Positions 1 through 8,165 of a DNA stretch of 64,000 nt are shown here, in pieces. The stretch comes from Candidatus Falkowbacteria bacterium (lineage in GTDB: Bacteria > Patescibacteriota > Patescibacteriia > Patescibacteriales > UBA12465), in the NCBI GenBank assembly GCA_012800315.1, contig JAAZJO010000001.1, forward strand, positions 773 through 64,772, written 5' to 3'. Position numbers and translations under genes: made by a program. Positions within the stretch are counted from its first letter, which is position 1, and each line of letters opens with the position of its first letter. Under the pieces are notes generated by a model that saw only the letters and a program-made list of their open reading frames with translations, had not been told where the DNA came from and made no database searches.

Positions 1-313
1 TATATTTATCCCGAAAAGAATCTAGGGCACTTTGTTTAGAAATATAATTTACCGCCCTAACCTTATCGGAGGCAGCAATTCTATCTTTTAACACCATGAT
101 TTCCGTATCAGAAGCATCTGCTTTTAAATAAAGGCTAATATTTATTTTCTCCTTAATCGCAGTGACAGCATCATCACTAATTACGCGCACAATCAAAAGT
201 GTATTAATGGAAAATAAGGAAATTACTAAAATCGTCACCGTCACCAAGGTTAACCAAATATTGCGAGTGATGTCTTGAAAACTAAATTTAATAATATGAA
301 ATAAAGATTGCAT
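1..313 (-). CDS. ftsX: Cell division permease FtsX, 5' part (runs off window start)
   Basis: Hand translation from ATG at 313: MQSLFHIIKFSFQDITRNIWLTLVTVTILVISLF...KINISLYLK...VRAVNYISKQSAL; directly downstream of ftsE. Confidence 0.9.
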   Translation of the reverse strand, partial: MQSLFHIIKFSFQDITRNIWLTLVTVTILVISLFSINTLLIVRVISDDAVTAIKEKINISLYLKADASDTEIMVLKDRIAASDKVRAVNYISKQSALDSFRDKY

Positions 314-315
314 AT

Positions 316-993
316 TTATAAAATATATTTACCGCGCGCTTGATCGCTAATAATTTGCCCTTGCTCCATTGTAACGACCCGACGATTCAAACGATTAACG
401 ATTTCTTTATTATGAGTAACTAAAATAATTGTCGTGCCAAATTTATTAATACGTAAAAGTAAATCAATAATTTCACTAGCGTTTATCGCATCAAGATTGC
501 CAGTTGGTTCATCCGCTAATAATATTTTTGGTTGATGAACTAGGGCCCGAGCAATCGCTGCTCTTTGTTTTTCCCCGCCAGAAACTTCATTAGGATAACG
601 ATCCTTCTTATCTTCTAAGCCAACAATCCGCATAACACTAGGCACAATTTTCTTAATCTTGGCAGCTGAACTACCAGATACTTCCAAAGCGAAAGAAACG
701 TTTTCTTCTAAAGTTTTTTTAGGTAAAAGTTTAAAATCCTGAAAAATAACTCCAATTTGACGACGTAAATATGGGACTTCTCGTCTAGAAATTTTAGTAA
801 TATCCCAATCACCAACAATTACTTGACCATCATCTGCTCTTTCTTCACCAATCAAAATTCTTATTAACGTAGTTTTACCGGCCCCTGATTGACCCACAAT
901 AGAAACAAACTCTCCCGGCTCTATTCGTAAATTAACCGAACGTAAAATTTTTGTTTTATTATATGATTTAGAAACGTTATGAAGAGTGATCAT
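316..993 (-). CDS. ftsE: Cell division ATP-binding protein FtsE
   Basis: Walker A GQSGAGKTT, LRRQIGVIFQDFKLL, SGGEKQR, LADEPTGNLD; precedes ftsX. Confidence 0.95.
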   Translation of the reverse strand: MITLHNVSKSYNKTKILRSVNLRIEPGEFVSIVGQSGAGKTTLIRILIGEERADDGQVIVGDWDITKISRREVPYLRRQIGVIFQDFKLLPKKTLEENVSFALEVSGSSAAKIKKIVPSVMRIVGLEDKKDRYPNEVSGGEKQRAAIARALVHQPKILLADEPTGNLDAINASEIIDLLLRINKFGTTIILVTHNKEIVNRLNRRVVTMEQGQIISDQARGKYIL

Positions 994-995
994 AA

Positions 996-2462
996 TTAAT
1001 TTTTAACTTGACGCAAACCATATTTAATCATCTGCTCATTATCAGCCAAACTATTAACCTTAGAAGTTGATCCAAAATTAATAATAATTAAATTATCTTT
1101 TTCGGTTTTTATTCTAGTGATTAAACAATTACCTGCCTCATCAAGATAACCAGTCTTTGAACCAATAATTGAATACTGTGGATTAGTAACTAATTTATTA
1201 GTGTTAGTGATTGTATGTGCTTTTTTAGTGTTAACTGTAGTAAATCTATATCTGGCAGTCGTACTAATCTTTTGAATTATAGGATTTTTAAAAACCTCTC
1301 TTGCTATTATAGCATAATCAGCCGGAGAACTCACATTCTGTGGCGACAAACCAGTTGGCTCAACAAAAAAAGTACTAGTGGCGCCCCAATCCTTTACTTG
1401 CTCATTCATTCTTTTAATAAATTCTGAACGCTTTAAACCACTAACGCGCACTAAACTCTCTACTGTATTGTTGGCTGAACCTACTAGTGAACTATATAAT
1501 AAATCCTCAATCGTCATGGTTTCACCAGACTTAACATTTAATTTAGCTATCTCCCAAGGATTACAATATTGATAATTATAATTTTCATCCTGCGCTTGAT
1601 AAGCAACAACATTATTCAAAGTTGGTCTTGTGTCTAAAAAAACTTTAGCCGCCACTAATTTAGTCAAACTAGCTAAAGGAGAAACATTGTTTTCATTTTT
1701 GCCCCAAATAATACTACCATCACTTTCTTTAACAATAATCGCTGACGAAGCAGACACTATTGGTGTGGCTGAAATTTGTGGCGCCACTTCCCCAGTCGCT
1801 ACTTTTAATGGTTCAATTTTAACTCTAACTACTCCTGCTCCTAAGGAAGCAATTTCCTGAAAAGCGAGTTTATCAAGATCAATAACACGATCTGGAAATT
1901 TATCCCTCTCTGGACCAAAATCATTAATCGTCACATTAACTGACTTTCCATTATCTAAATTAATCACTTTCAAAACAGAGCCTTTTTTAAAATCTGGCGA
2001 AGCGGCGTATAGTCCACCCTTATAAGCATACCAGCTAGCTTTACCAACTGTTAAAATATTATGATTAGCTAAAACAATCACTTTTCCAGAAGTTGAAGTG
2101 ATAACCGCGGTTACTGAATTATCTGCTGGATTATCAGTCGTTGGCAAAGGATTCCAAGCACCAGACAAGGCATCAACAATGAAAATCTGTTTTAAATAAT
2201 TATCCGTTTGATCATAATTAATTTTAATTGTCATCGGAAAAGCGGGATCATAGGTATGTGGATTATTAAAAGAATATTCAAAAACTGGAGTTAAGGCATC
2301 CCACTCCCAAGGAAGACCAGTTGCTGGAGAGCTAGTGGCGACAATCGCCTTTTCAGTAAAATTAGGCGTGATAAACTCAGTCTGGGCTGCTTTAGTTGCC
2401 ACTGGCACAAGAAAAAAAAGAAGGGCCCCTAAACCAATTAATTTTTGATACTTTAACTTCAT
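996..2462 (-). CDS. Secreted RlpA-like (DPBB) domain plus D-Ala-D-Ala carboxypeptidase (peptidase S11) fusion
   Basis: Signal peptide; GKASWY...VTINDFGP...RVIDL (RlpA-like); SxxK (SLTK), SxN (SAN) and KTG motifs. Confidence 0.85.
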   Translation of the reverse strand: MKLKYQKLIGLGALLFFLVPVATKAAQTEFITPNFTEKAIVATSSPATGLPWEWDALTPVFEYSFNNPHTYDPAFPMTIKINYDQTDNYLKQIFIVDALSGAWNPLPTTDNPADNSVTAVITSTSGKVIVLANHNILTVGKASWYAYKGGLYAASPDFKKGSVLKVINLDNGKSVNVTINDFGPERDKFPDRVIDLDKLAFQEIASLGAGVVRVKIEPLKVATGEVAPQISATPIVSASSAIIVKESDGSIIWGKNENNVSPLASLTKLVAAKVFLDTRPTLNNVVAYQAQDENYNYQYCNPWEIAKLNVKSGETMTIEDLLYSSLVGSANNTVESLVRVSGLKRSEFIKRMNEQVKDWGATSTFFVEPTGLSPQNVSSPADYAIIAREVFKNPIIQKISTTARYRFTTVNTKKAHTITNTNKLVTNPQYSIIGSKTGYLDEAGNCLITRIKTEKDNLIIINFGSTSKVNSLADNEQMIKYGLRQVKN

Positions 2463-2500
2463 AGAATATATTAAAATTATTTATTATTAAAATTATTTAA

Positions 2501-2530
2501 TTGACTAAACTGCTAACTTATCTTTATAAT
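2501..2530 (+). promoter_or_regulatory. Sigma70-like promoter for the tRNA pair
   Basis: TTGACT (2501-2506), 18 nt spacer, TATAAT (2525-2530), ~30 nt upstream of tRNA-Gly. Confidence 0.6.
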
Positions 2531-2558
2531 TATACTTGCCTCTATAAAATATTGTTCT

Positions 2559-2630
2559 GCGGGTATCGTATAATGGTTATTATATCAGCTTCCCAAGCTG
2601 AGGAAGGCGGTCCGATTCCGCTTACCCGCT
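2559..2630 (+). tRNA. tRNA-Gly(CCC)
   Basis: Acceptor GCGGGTA/TACCCGC, anticodon arm TCAGC-TTCCCAA-GCTGA, T-arm GGCGG-TCCGATT-CCGCT; CCA not encoded. Confidence 0.9.
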
Positions 2631-2636
2631 CAAATA

Positions 2637-2709
2637 GCCGAAGTAGCTCAGCTGGTAGAGCAACGCACTCGTAACGCGTAGGTCAGGGGTTCAAGTCCCC
2701 TCTTCGGCT
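2637..2709 (+). tRNA. tRNA-Thr(CGT)
   Basis: Acceptor GCCGAAG/CTTCGGC, D-arm GCTC/GAGC, anticodon loop CTCGTAA, T-arm AGGGG-TTCAAGT-CCCCT; CCA not encoded. Confidence 0.93.
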
Positions 2710-2714
2710 CACAA

Positions 2715-3146
2715 TTAACCAAAAAAATAATTCCACCATTTCTTAAAATTACTTTCTGAAGTGGTGTTTTTATTTATTTCATCAGCCGTAGTGGCTATTG
2801 GTAAATTTTCAATCACGACAACCTGTTCACCCGGCTTCTTCATATTTAAATTAAGACGAGCCTGCTCTTCTAAAGACTGATCGGACTGCAAATAATCAAT
2901 CATCTGGCGTAAATCTTGGTTTGTTTTTTCAAAAACGGCAATCTCTTCTTTAACTTCATTAATTTCTTTCTCCACAATTCGTTTTTGAGTATACACTTTC
3001 GCTAGAGGAAAAATAATTAACAAAATAAAAACTAAACCCACCATCGCCAAAAAACGTTGGCTAGAAAAAAAACGATAAAAAAAATTATCTGGCTTTCTTG
3101 TTTGTCCAGCGCTAAGCACGCGTGGCTGTATTTTATGCTTATCCAT
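2715..3146 (-). CDS. Septum formation initiator family protein (FtsB/DivIC-like)
   Basis: TM helix, coiled coil, then LEEQARLNLNMKKPGEQV signature. Confidence 0.85.
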   Translation of the reverse strand: MDKHKIQPRVLSAGQTRKPDNFFYRFFSSQRFLAMVGLVFILLIIFPLAKVYTQKRIVEKEINEVKEEIAVFEKTNQDLRQMIDYLQSDQSLEEQARLNLNMKKPGEQVVVIENLPIATTADEINKNTTSESNFKKWWNYFFG

Positions 3147-3189
3147 TAGCCTCTATTATAGCATAAAAAATGAATAGTAAAAAATCTAT

Positions 3190-4785
3190 TTAACGAGACT
3201 TTGGTGTTACCCAAAAACCCATATATTTTCCGCGCATTAATCTAATTTGCGCATCAAAACAAGGAATTGCACCAAAAACAATAATGGTAATTGGAACAAA
3301 AATCCATTCCAAAACCATCTTCACATTTTTCCAAACTGTATATTTTTTCGGTCTCTTCGGTAATAATAAAGAAGTAATAATGGCTGAAAAAACTAAACCA
3401 ATCATAGCCACCGTCATTAAATTTTGCGTTATAGTCGGCAAATTACCAGAAAGCACTGTAGAATTAAAACGATCACCGCCAATTAACATCGGCATCCAAC
3501 CAATAACTGCAATAATTAAAGCATTAGTTGCCCAAGACCAAAAACCATGAATCTGAATAATAATATGACCAATCAACTTCCGACGATCAACTGTGTGCCA
3601 ACGTTTAGCTGTGTTAAAAATTAAATAAGGAATATTTTCTGCGCCCCACGCCCAGCGACGTTGCTGTTTATATAAGCTCTGGGCAGTGCGCCAAAAATTT
3701 TGATCAAAGGTAACATCCATAGAAACTTTATAATACAAAGGTTCAACCCGATAATCACCATTATAATACAACAAACAATCCCAAAAAATGCGAGAATCTT
3801 CGCTCACCATCGCTGGCGACCAATAGCCAATCTCTTTTAAAGCAGCAAAAGTCATTGAATGAGAAGAATAAGTAACTAAACTTTCCTGGCGAATTTGCAT
3901 AATCATCTGCCAGAAGGTATTAGAGGAAGCAGTTAAACGGGAAAAAAATGGCGTTTCCCAAATATTATTATGATAAACCGGAATCGGCTGATAGCTAGCT
4001 CTATATGGCTCGCTAACAGTTAAAAACTTATAAGTTAAAGCAAAAAAATAACCGGGATGCACAACCGTATCAATATCAAAAACACTAACCAATATTTTTT
4101 TTATATCTAAATTCTCTTTTTCAATAATTTCTCGGTTAACAATCTTAACGGCCCAAGCCTGATTCGCCCCCTTGCCTTTTATTTCTCCTTCAATATTATC
4201 CGGATGCCAAGTGATTAAAAAGTGCCCAAACTTATCACCAAACTCTTCTTGAGCTATCGCTGCAATTTCTTTAGCGCTTTGTCCCGCTCTTTCCTCCATC
4301 GCCAAATTAACAATCATTCGCTCTGTTGGATAACCATCATTAACCAAAGACTCTAAAGCTCCCCGTACAATTTCAATTCCTTCTCCATAAGTTGGCAAAA
4401 TAATTAATTGCCAGAGACTATCCCAATGAACACCTTGAGCTGCTAATGAATCTGGAGAGACTTCTTTTAAATTCATTTCTTCTGAATTTCCTTCTTTCAA
4501 GCGTTGGCATTTTCCCTGCCAATCAATTGCTAGTCCCTTAGTTAGTTTGCGATAAGAGCTAACTAAAAAAAGAGCCATATAAATAACCAAAAGCAACCAA
4601 TAAACATCAAAAGCAATCACAAAATAAGCTACCCAAACTGGTTTAAAATAAGAAAAAACAGTTAAGACAACTAGAGTAGTAATAGAAATAAAGCCCGGTA
4701 ATGTTTCTAAAAAGCGATAAAACTTATAATCTTTACCACTTAAATCTGTTGCTTTACCAACTTTTAAATAATTTACCTGTCCCAT
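3190..4785 (-). CDS. Membrane-embedded family 2 glycosyltransferase
   Basis: LPTYGE, KGAN, DID, SED and QQRRW (QxxRW) motifs flanked by TM helices. Confidence 0.85.
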   Translation of the reverse strand: MGQVNYLKVGKATDLSGKDYKFYRFLETLPGFISITTLVVLTVFSYFKPVWVAYFVIAFDVYWLLLVIYMALFLVSSYRKLTKGLAIDWQGKCQRLKEGNSEEMNLKEVSPDSLAAQGVHWDSLWQLIILPTYGEGIEIVRGALESLVNDGYPTERMIVNLAMEERAGQSAKEIAAIAQEEFGDKFGHFLITWHPDNIEGEIKGKGANQAWAVKIVNREIIEKENLDIKKILVSVFDIDTVVHPGYFFALTYKFLTVSEPYRASYQPIPVYHNNIWETPFFSRLTASSNTFWQMIMQIRQESLVTYSSHSMTFAALKEIGYWSPAMVSEDSRIFWDCLLYYNGDYRVEPLYYKVSMDVTFDQNFWRTAQSLYKQQRRWAWGAENIPYLIFNTAKRWHTVDRRKLIGHIIIQIHGFWSWATNALIIAVIGWMPMLIGGDRFNSTVLSGNLPTITQNLMTVAMIGLVFSAIITSLLLPKRPKKYTVWKNVKMVLEWIFVPITIIVFGAIPCFDAQIRLMRGKYMGFWVTPKSR

Positions 4786-4796
4786 AGATAATTTAT

Positions 4797-5372
4797 TTAT
4801 ATAATCACGTTTCTTCTTTTTAGCTCAAAAAAACATTCTGCGCAAGCCTTGACATCAACCAAGGCATCATGGGCATCTGGAAAACTAGTCTGAAATAAAA
4901 ATTGATATAATTCAGTTAAGTTTGGCCACTTATATCCACCATGACCATTATCAATCTGGCAAAGCTGAACACTTGCTTTCATGGTACAAATTTTATTCGC
5001 TGTGAGTAAAGGATTTTCCATTTGTAAACGCAATAATTCTGAGCCAACAATTTTTTCATCAAAATCAATATTATGACCGACTAAATATTCAGCTTTTTTA
5101 ACATCATCAATAAAATGTTCAAGCGCCTGACGAAGCTCAACTCCCTCAGCTAATGCTCTGGCTTGAGTAATGCGGTGAATTTTTGCTATCTCCTCCGGAA
5201 TCACAAAACCATTCGGCTTAATAATATAATTATAGCTCTCCCAATGATTCCCTTCAGCATCATAAAGACTCCAAGCCAACTGCACAATTCGTGGCCAATT
5301 AGAAAAATCATCAAGTGGTGCTTGATAATTTTTCGGCAATCCGGTTGTTTCTGTATCAAAAATTAAATACAT
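4797..5372 (-). CDS. DEDDh 3'-5' exonuclease (DnaQ-like)
   Basis: FDTETTG, GHNIDFD, HDALVD. Confidence 0.9.
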   Translation of the reverse strand: MYLIFDTETTGLPKNYQAPLDDFSNWPRIVQLAWSLYDAEGNHWESYNYIIKPNGFVIPEEIAKIHRITQARALAEGVELRQALEHFIDDVKKAEYLVGHNIDFDEKIVGSELLRLQMENPLLTANKICTMKASVQLCQIDNGHGGYKWPNLTELYQFLFQTSFPDAHDALVDVKACAECFFELKRRNVII

Positions 5373-5376
5373 AATT

Positions 5377-7176
5377 TTATAACTTATTATCTGAAATAAT
5401 CATCTCCACTCCTTCCGGCAAATCTCTTTCTTGGTTACTCCTTTTAGCTACTTGATTCTGATCATTATGCTTAGTTATTGTTTCAATCTTTTTTATTTCT
5501 CGTCCCCGAAAATCAACCGGCTTCGCTTTAGCCAAATCTGCTAAAGATAGGGTTGGGGTTTCATTAACTAAAACCGTTTCTTCTTTTAAGCGTTTTTTTT
5601 CTATCTCTTTTTCTATTTTTCTTTTTTCCACTTCCAATCTTTTTTCTTCCTTTTTGCGACTCAAACATTCTTTACAATATACCGGCCTAATACCATCGGG
5701 AATAAAAACTGTAGTTGTCATTTGGCCACAACTAGAACAAATCGCTTCATGCCCCGAGGTACTAACAATTCGGGGATGATTAGCTGATTGATTAGTTAAT
5801 TTAGCTTCTGTCTTTACTTTCTCCGAGCGATTTTCTGTTTTAGACACTGAGTGAACTGAATTAGTGGCTAAAACTTTCTTGGCTGGCCCAATATCCTCAT
5901 TATAACTTTCATGCCAACGCATAATTTTTTCTTCAACACTCGCTCTTTCTGAAGCATACTTCTCTCTAGAATAAGCGATTACCTTAGCTGTATTATTAGT
6001 TTTTTCACTTGCCGGCAACGGCGGTAGTCCGCGAGCAGAAAATGGCGCTGAAGCAACTCCATCAATCATTAGTTTTAAATACATTTCATACTTCGGCAAA
6101 TTAACTAAATCTTCCTGGGTAAAAGTTGGCAAAAACTCTTTCTCTAATTCTTCAGCATCAGCCGCTCCCACCCGATAAGCCACTATTGTTCCCACATTAC
6201 CAAAAACTGCTGGTTTAACTTTTTCGCTTAGTTGTTCAATGTATTGGTGAGCTAAAACAAGATTTAAACGATATTTTCTTGCTTCTGATAAAATATTAGC
6301 AAAAGAATCAGTGGAAAAGTTTTGAAATTCATCAATATACAAATAAAAATCACGACGCTCTTTTTCTGGAATATCTACCCGGCTCATCGCTGCTAACTGA
6401 ATTTTAGTAATCATCATCGCTCCGAGTAAAGCTGAATTATCTTCTCCAATACGTCCTTTTGATAAATTCATAATTAAAATCTTGCCACTATCCATTATTT
6501 CACGGATATTGAATGATGACCTTACTTGACCAACAATATTTCTCATTAAAGAGTTAGATAAAAATTGACCAACTTTATTTTGGATAGGTGAAACCGCTTC
6601 CGAGGCAAATTTATCAGCATAGCTAGAAAATTCCTTCTCCCAAAAAGCCTTAACTACCGGATCTTTAATATTAGCAACTACTCTCTTACGATAATTCTTA
6701 TCTGATAACATTCTAATAATACCCATCAAAGTAGAACCCGGAAAATCTAAAATTGCTAAAATAGCATTGCGTAAAATATATTCCAAACGAGGCCCCCAGG
6801 AATCAGCCCAGAGTTTTTGGAAAACGCCGATCAAGCCAGAAGCGACTAAATGACGTAAATGTGGCTCAACTTGCTCAACCACATTAAAAGCAATCGGAAA
6901 ATCAATGTCTGCCGGATTAAAATAAACGACATCTTGGATACGATTATCTGGAATATAATCAATTATTTTTTCTGCTAAATCACCATGTGGATCAACCACT
7001 GCCACCCCAAAGCCAGCACGAATATCATCAACAATCATGTTTTCCAAAACAGTTGACTTACCCATACCAGTTTTCCCAATCAAATACATGTGGCGACGCC
7101 GGTCATCAGTTTTTATGCCGAATTTTTTAAATTCGTTACGATAAGTTGTTTGGGCAAAAACCGTAATATCCTTCAT
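5377..7176 (-). CDS. VirD4/TraG-like (HerA/FtsK superfamily) ATPase with C-terminal CxxC-x17-CxxC zinc ribbon
   Basis: GKTGMGKS, DPHGD, YIDEFQNF, EARKY, LAHQY; CSSC...CKEC near C-terminus. Confidence 0.85.
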   Translation of the reverse strand: MKDITVFAQTTYRNEFKKFGIKTDDRRRHMYLIGKTGMGKSTVLENMIVDDIRAGFGVAVVDPHGDLAEKIIDYIPDNRIQDVVYFNPADIDFPIAFNVVEQVEPHLRHLVASGLIGVFQKLWADSWGPRLEYILRNAILAILDFPGSTLMGIIRMLSDKNYRKRVVANIKDPVVKAFWEKEFSSYADKFASEAVSPIQNKVGQFLSNSLMRNIVGQVRSSFNIREIMDSGKILIMNLSKGRIGEDNSALLGAMMITKIQLAAMSRVDIPEKERRDFYLYIDEFQNFSTDSFANILSEARKYRLNLVLAHQYIEQLSEKVKPAVFGNVGTIVAYRVGAADAEELEKEFLPTFTQEDLVNLPKYEMYLKLMIDGVASAPFSARGLPPLPASEKTNNTAKVIAYSREKYASERASVEEKIMRWHESYNEDIGPAKKVLATNSVHSVSKTENRSEKVKTEAKLTNQSANHPRIVSTSGHEAICSSCGQMTTTVFIPDGIRPVYCKECLSRKKEEKRLEVEKRKIEKEIEKKRLKEETVLVNETPTLSLADLAKAKPVDFRGREIKKIETITKHNDQNQVAKRSNQERDLPEGVEMIISDNKL

Positions 7177-7214
7177 GTTTTTTTATTTACAAAAATTATC
7201 ACTAATTATTAACC

Positions 7215-7940
7215 CTAGCTTCTTACTTCACAAAGCTTAACATATTTTTTTCCAATAGCCGCAAACTCGGTCATTTCTTTAGCGGTATAACCAGCCTCTC
7301 CCTTAAGTTTAGCGTCAACTAATTCAGTATCTGATTTAAAATTTTGCAAATACCATTTTTCCGCCCCCTTAATTATTTCTCCCATTTTATCAATATCTTC
7401 TTTAACTAAAAGACCGGGGACAACCGTCGTTCTAAACTCATAAGGAAGTCCACTAGATATAATCATTTTAGCACTTTTTCTAATATTATCACAATTAACT
7501 TTAACTCCTACTACCTCTTCATATTTATCCAGCGGCGCTTTTAAGTCCATGGCGATATAATCAATTAATTTTTCTTTCAGCAATTTTTCAATCATGCCTG
7601 GGTTAGTACCGTTAGTATCTAATTTAACTAAATAACCAATTTCTTTTATTTTCTTAATAAAAGACGGTAAATCGGGATGCATAGTTGGCTCCCCGCCAGT
7701 AATAACAACCCCATCAAGGCGTCCAAATCTTTCCCTTAAAAAAAGAAAAAGGTCTTCAGTGGAAAGTGCAGAAAAACCTTTTTCTTCTTTATTTTTTACA
7801 TCCTCTCCCTGACGGGGCAGGACAAGCATTGGGTTATAGCAAAAACGACAACGGAAATTACAACCTTGGGTAAAGATTATGGCCGCTAAATGATCGGGGT
7901 AGTCAAGAAAAGTTAATTTCTCTAAACCACCAATTATCAT
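7215..7940 (-). CDS. nrdG: Anaerobic ribonucleotide reductase activating enzyme (radical SAM)
   Basis: CNFRCRFC, ITGGEPT, LDTNG, YEFRTT; in the nrdD operon. Confidence 0.9.
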   Translation of the reverse strand: MIIGGLEKLTFLDYPDHLAAIIFTQGCNFRCRFCYNPMLVLPRQGEDVKNKEEKGFSALSTEDLFLFLRERFGRLDGVVITGGEPTMHPDLPSFIKKIKEIGYLVKLDTNGTNPGMIEKLLKEKLIDYIAMDLKAPLDKYEEVVGVKVNCDNIRKSAKMIISSGLPYEFRTTVVPGLLVKEDIDKMGEIIKGAEKWYLQNFKSDTELVDAKLKGEAGYTAKEMTEFAAIGKKYVKLCEVRS

Positions 7941-7955
7941 AAGCGTGTAGTCTAA

Positions 7956-8096
7956 TTATTCGGCGCAAACCTTAAAGGTTTTTCTATCCTTATATTCAGA
8001 CGCTTTACCGGGATTATAGTTCTTTACCGGTGTTAACCAGCCAACCACACGGCTGTAAACAATACATTCTTGTCTTTGAGTTTTAATTGGGCTCAT
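7956..8096 (-). CDS. 46-aa stand-alone glycyl-radical segment of class III RNR (not in ORF track)
   Basis: Hand translation MSPIKTQRQECIVYSRVVGWLTPVKNYNPGKASEYKDRKTFKVCAE*; matches the NrdD C-terminal YSRVxGY...NxGKxxExxDR motif. Confidence 0.88.
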   Translation of the reverse strand: MSPIKTQRQECIVYSRVVGWLTPVKNYNPGKASEYKDRKTFKVCAE

Positions 8097-8165
8097 ATTT
8101 TTGTTTTATATTAAAATTATAAATAATATTTACTTAAATTACAATGTGCAAAATAATTAACAACT

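Noticed and set aside
2559..2715. tRNA genes as an integration site for an island or prophage
   Set aside because: No integrase, no duplicated tRNA 3' end noticed, flanks are housekeeping genes
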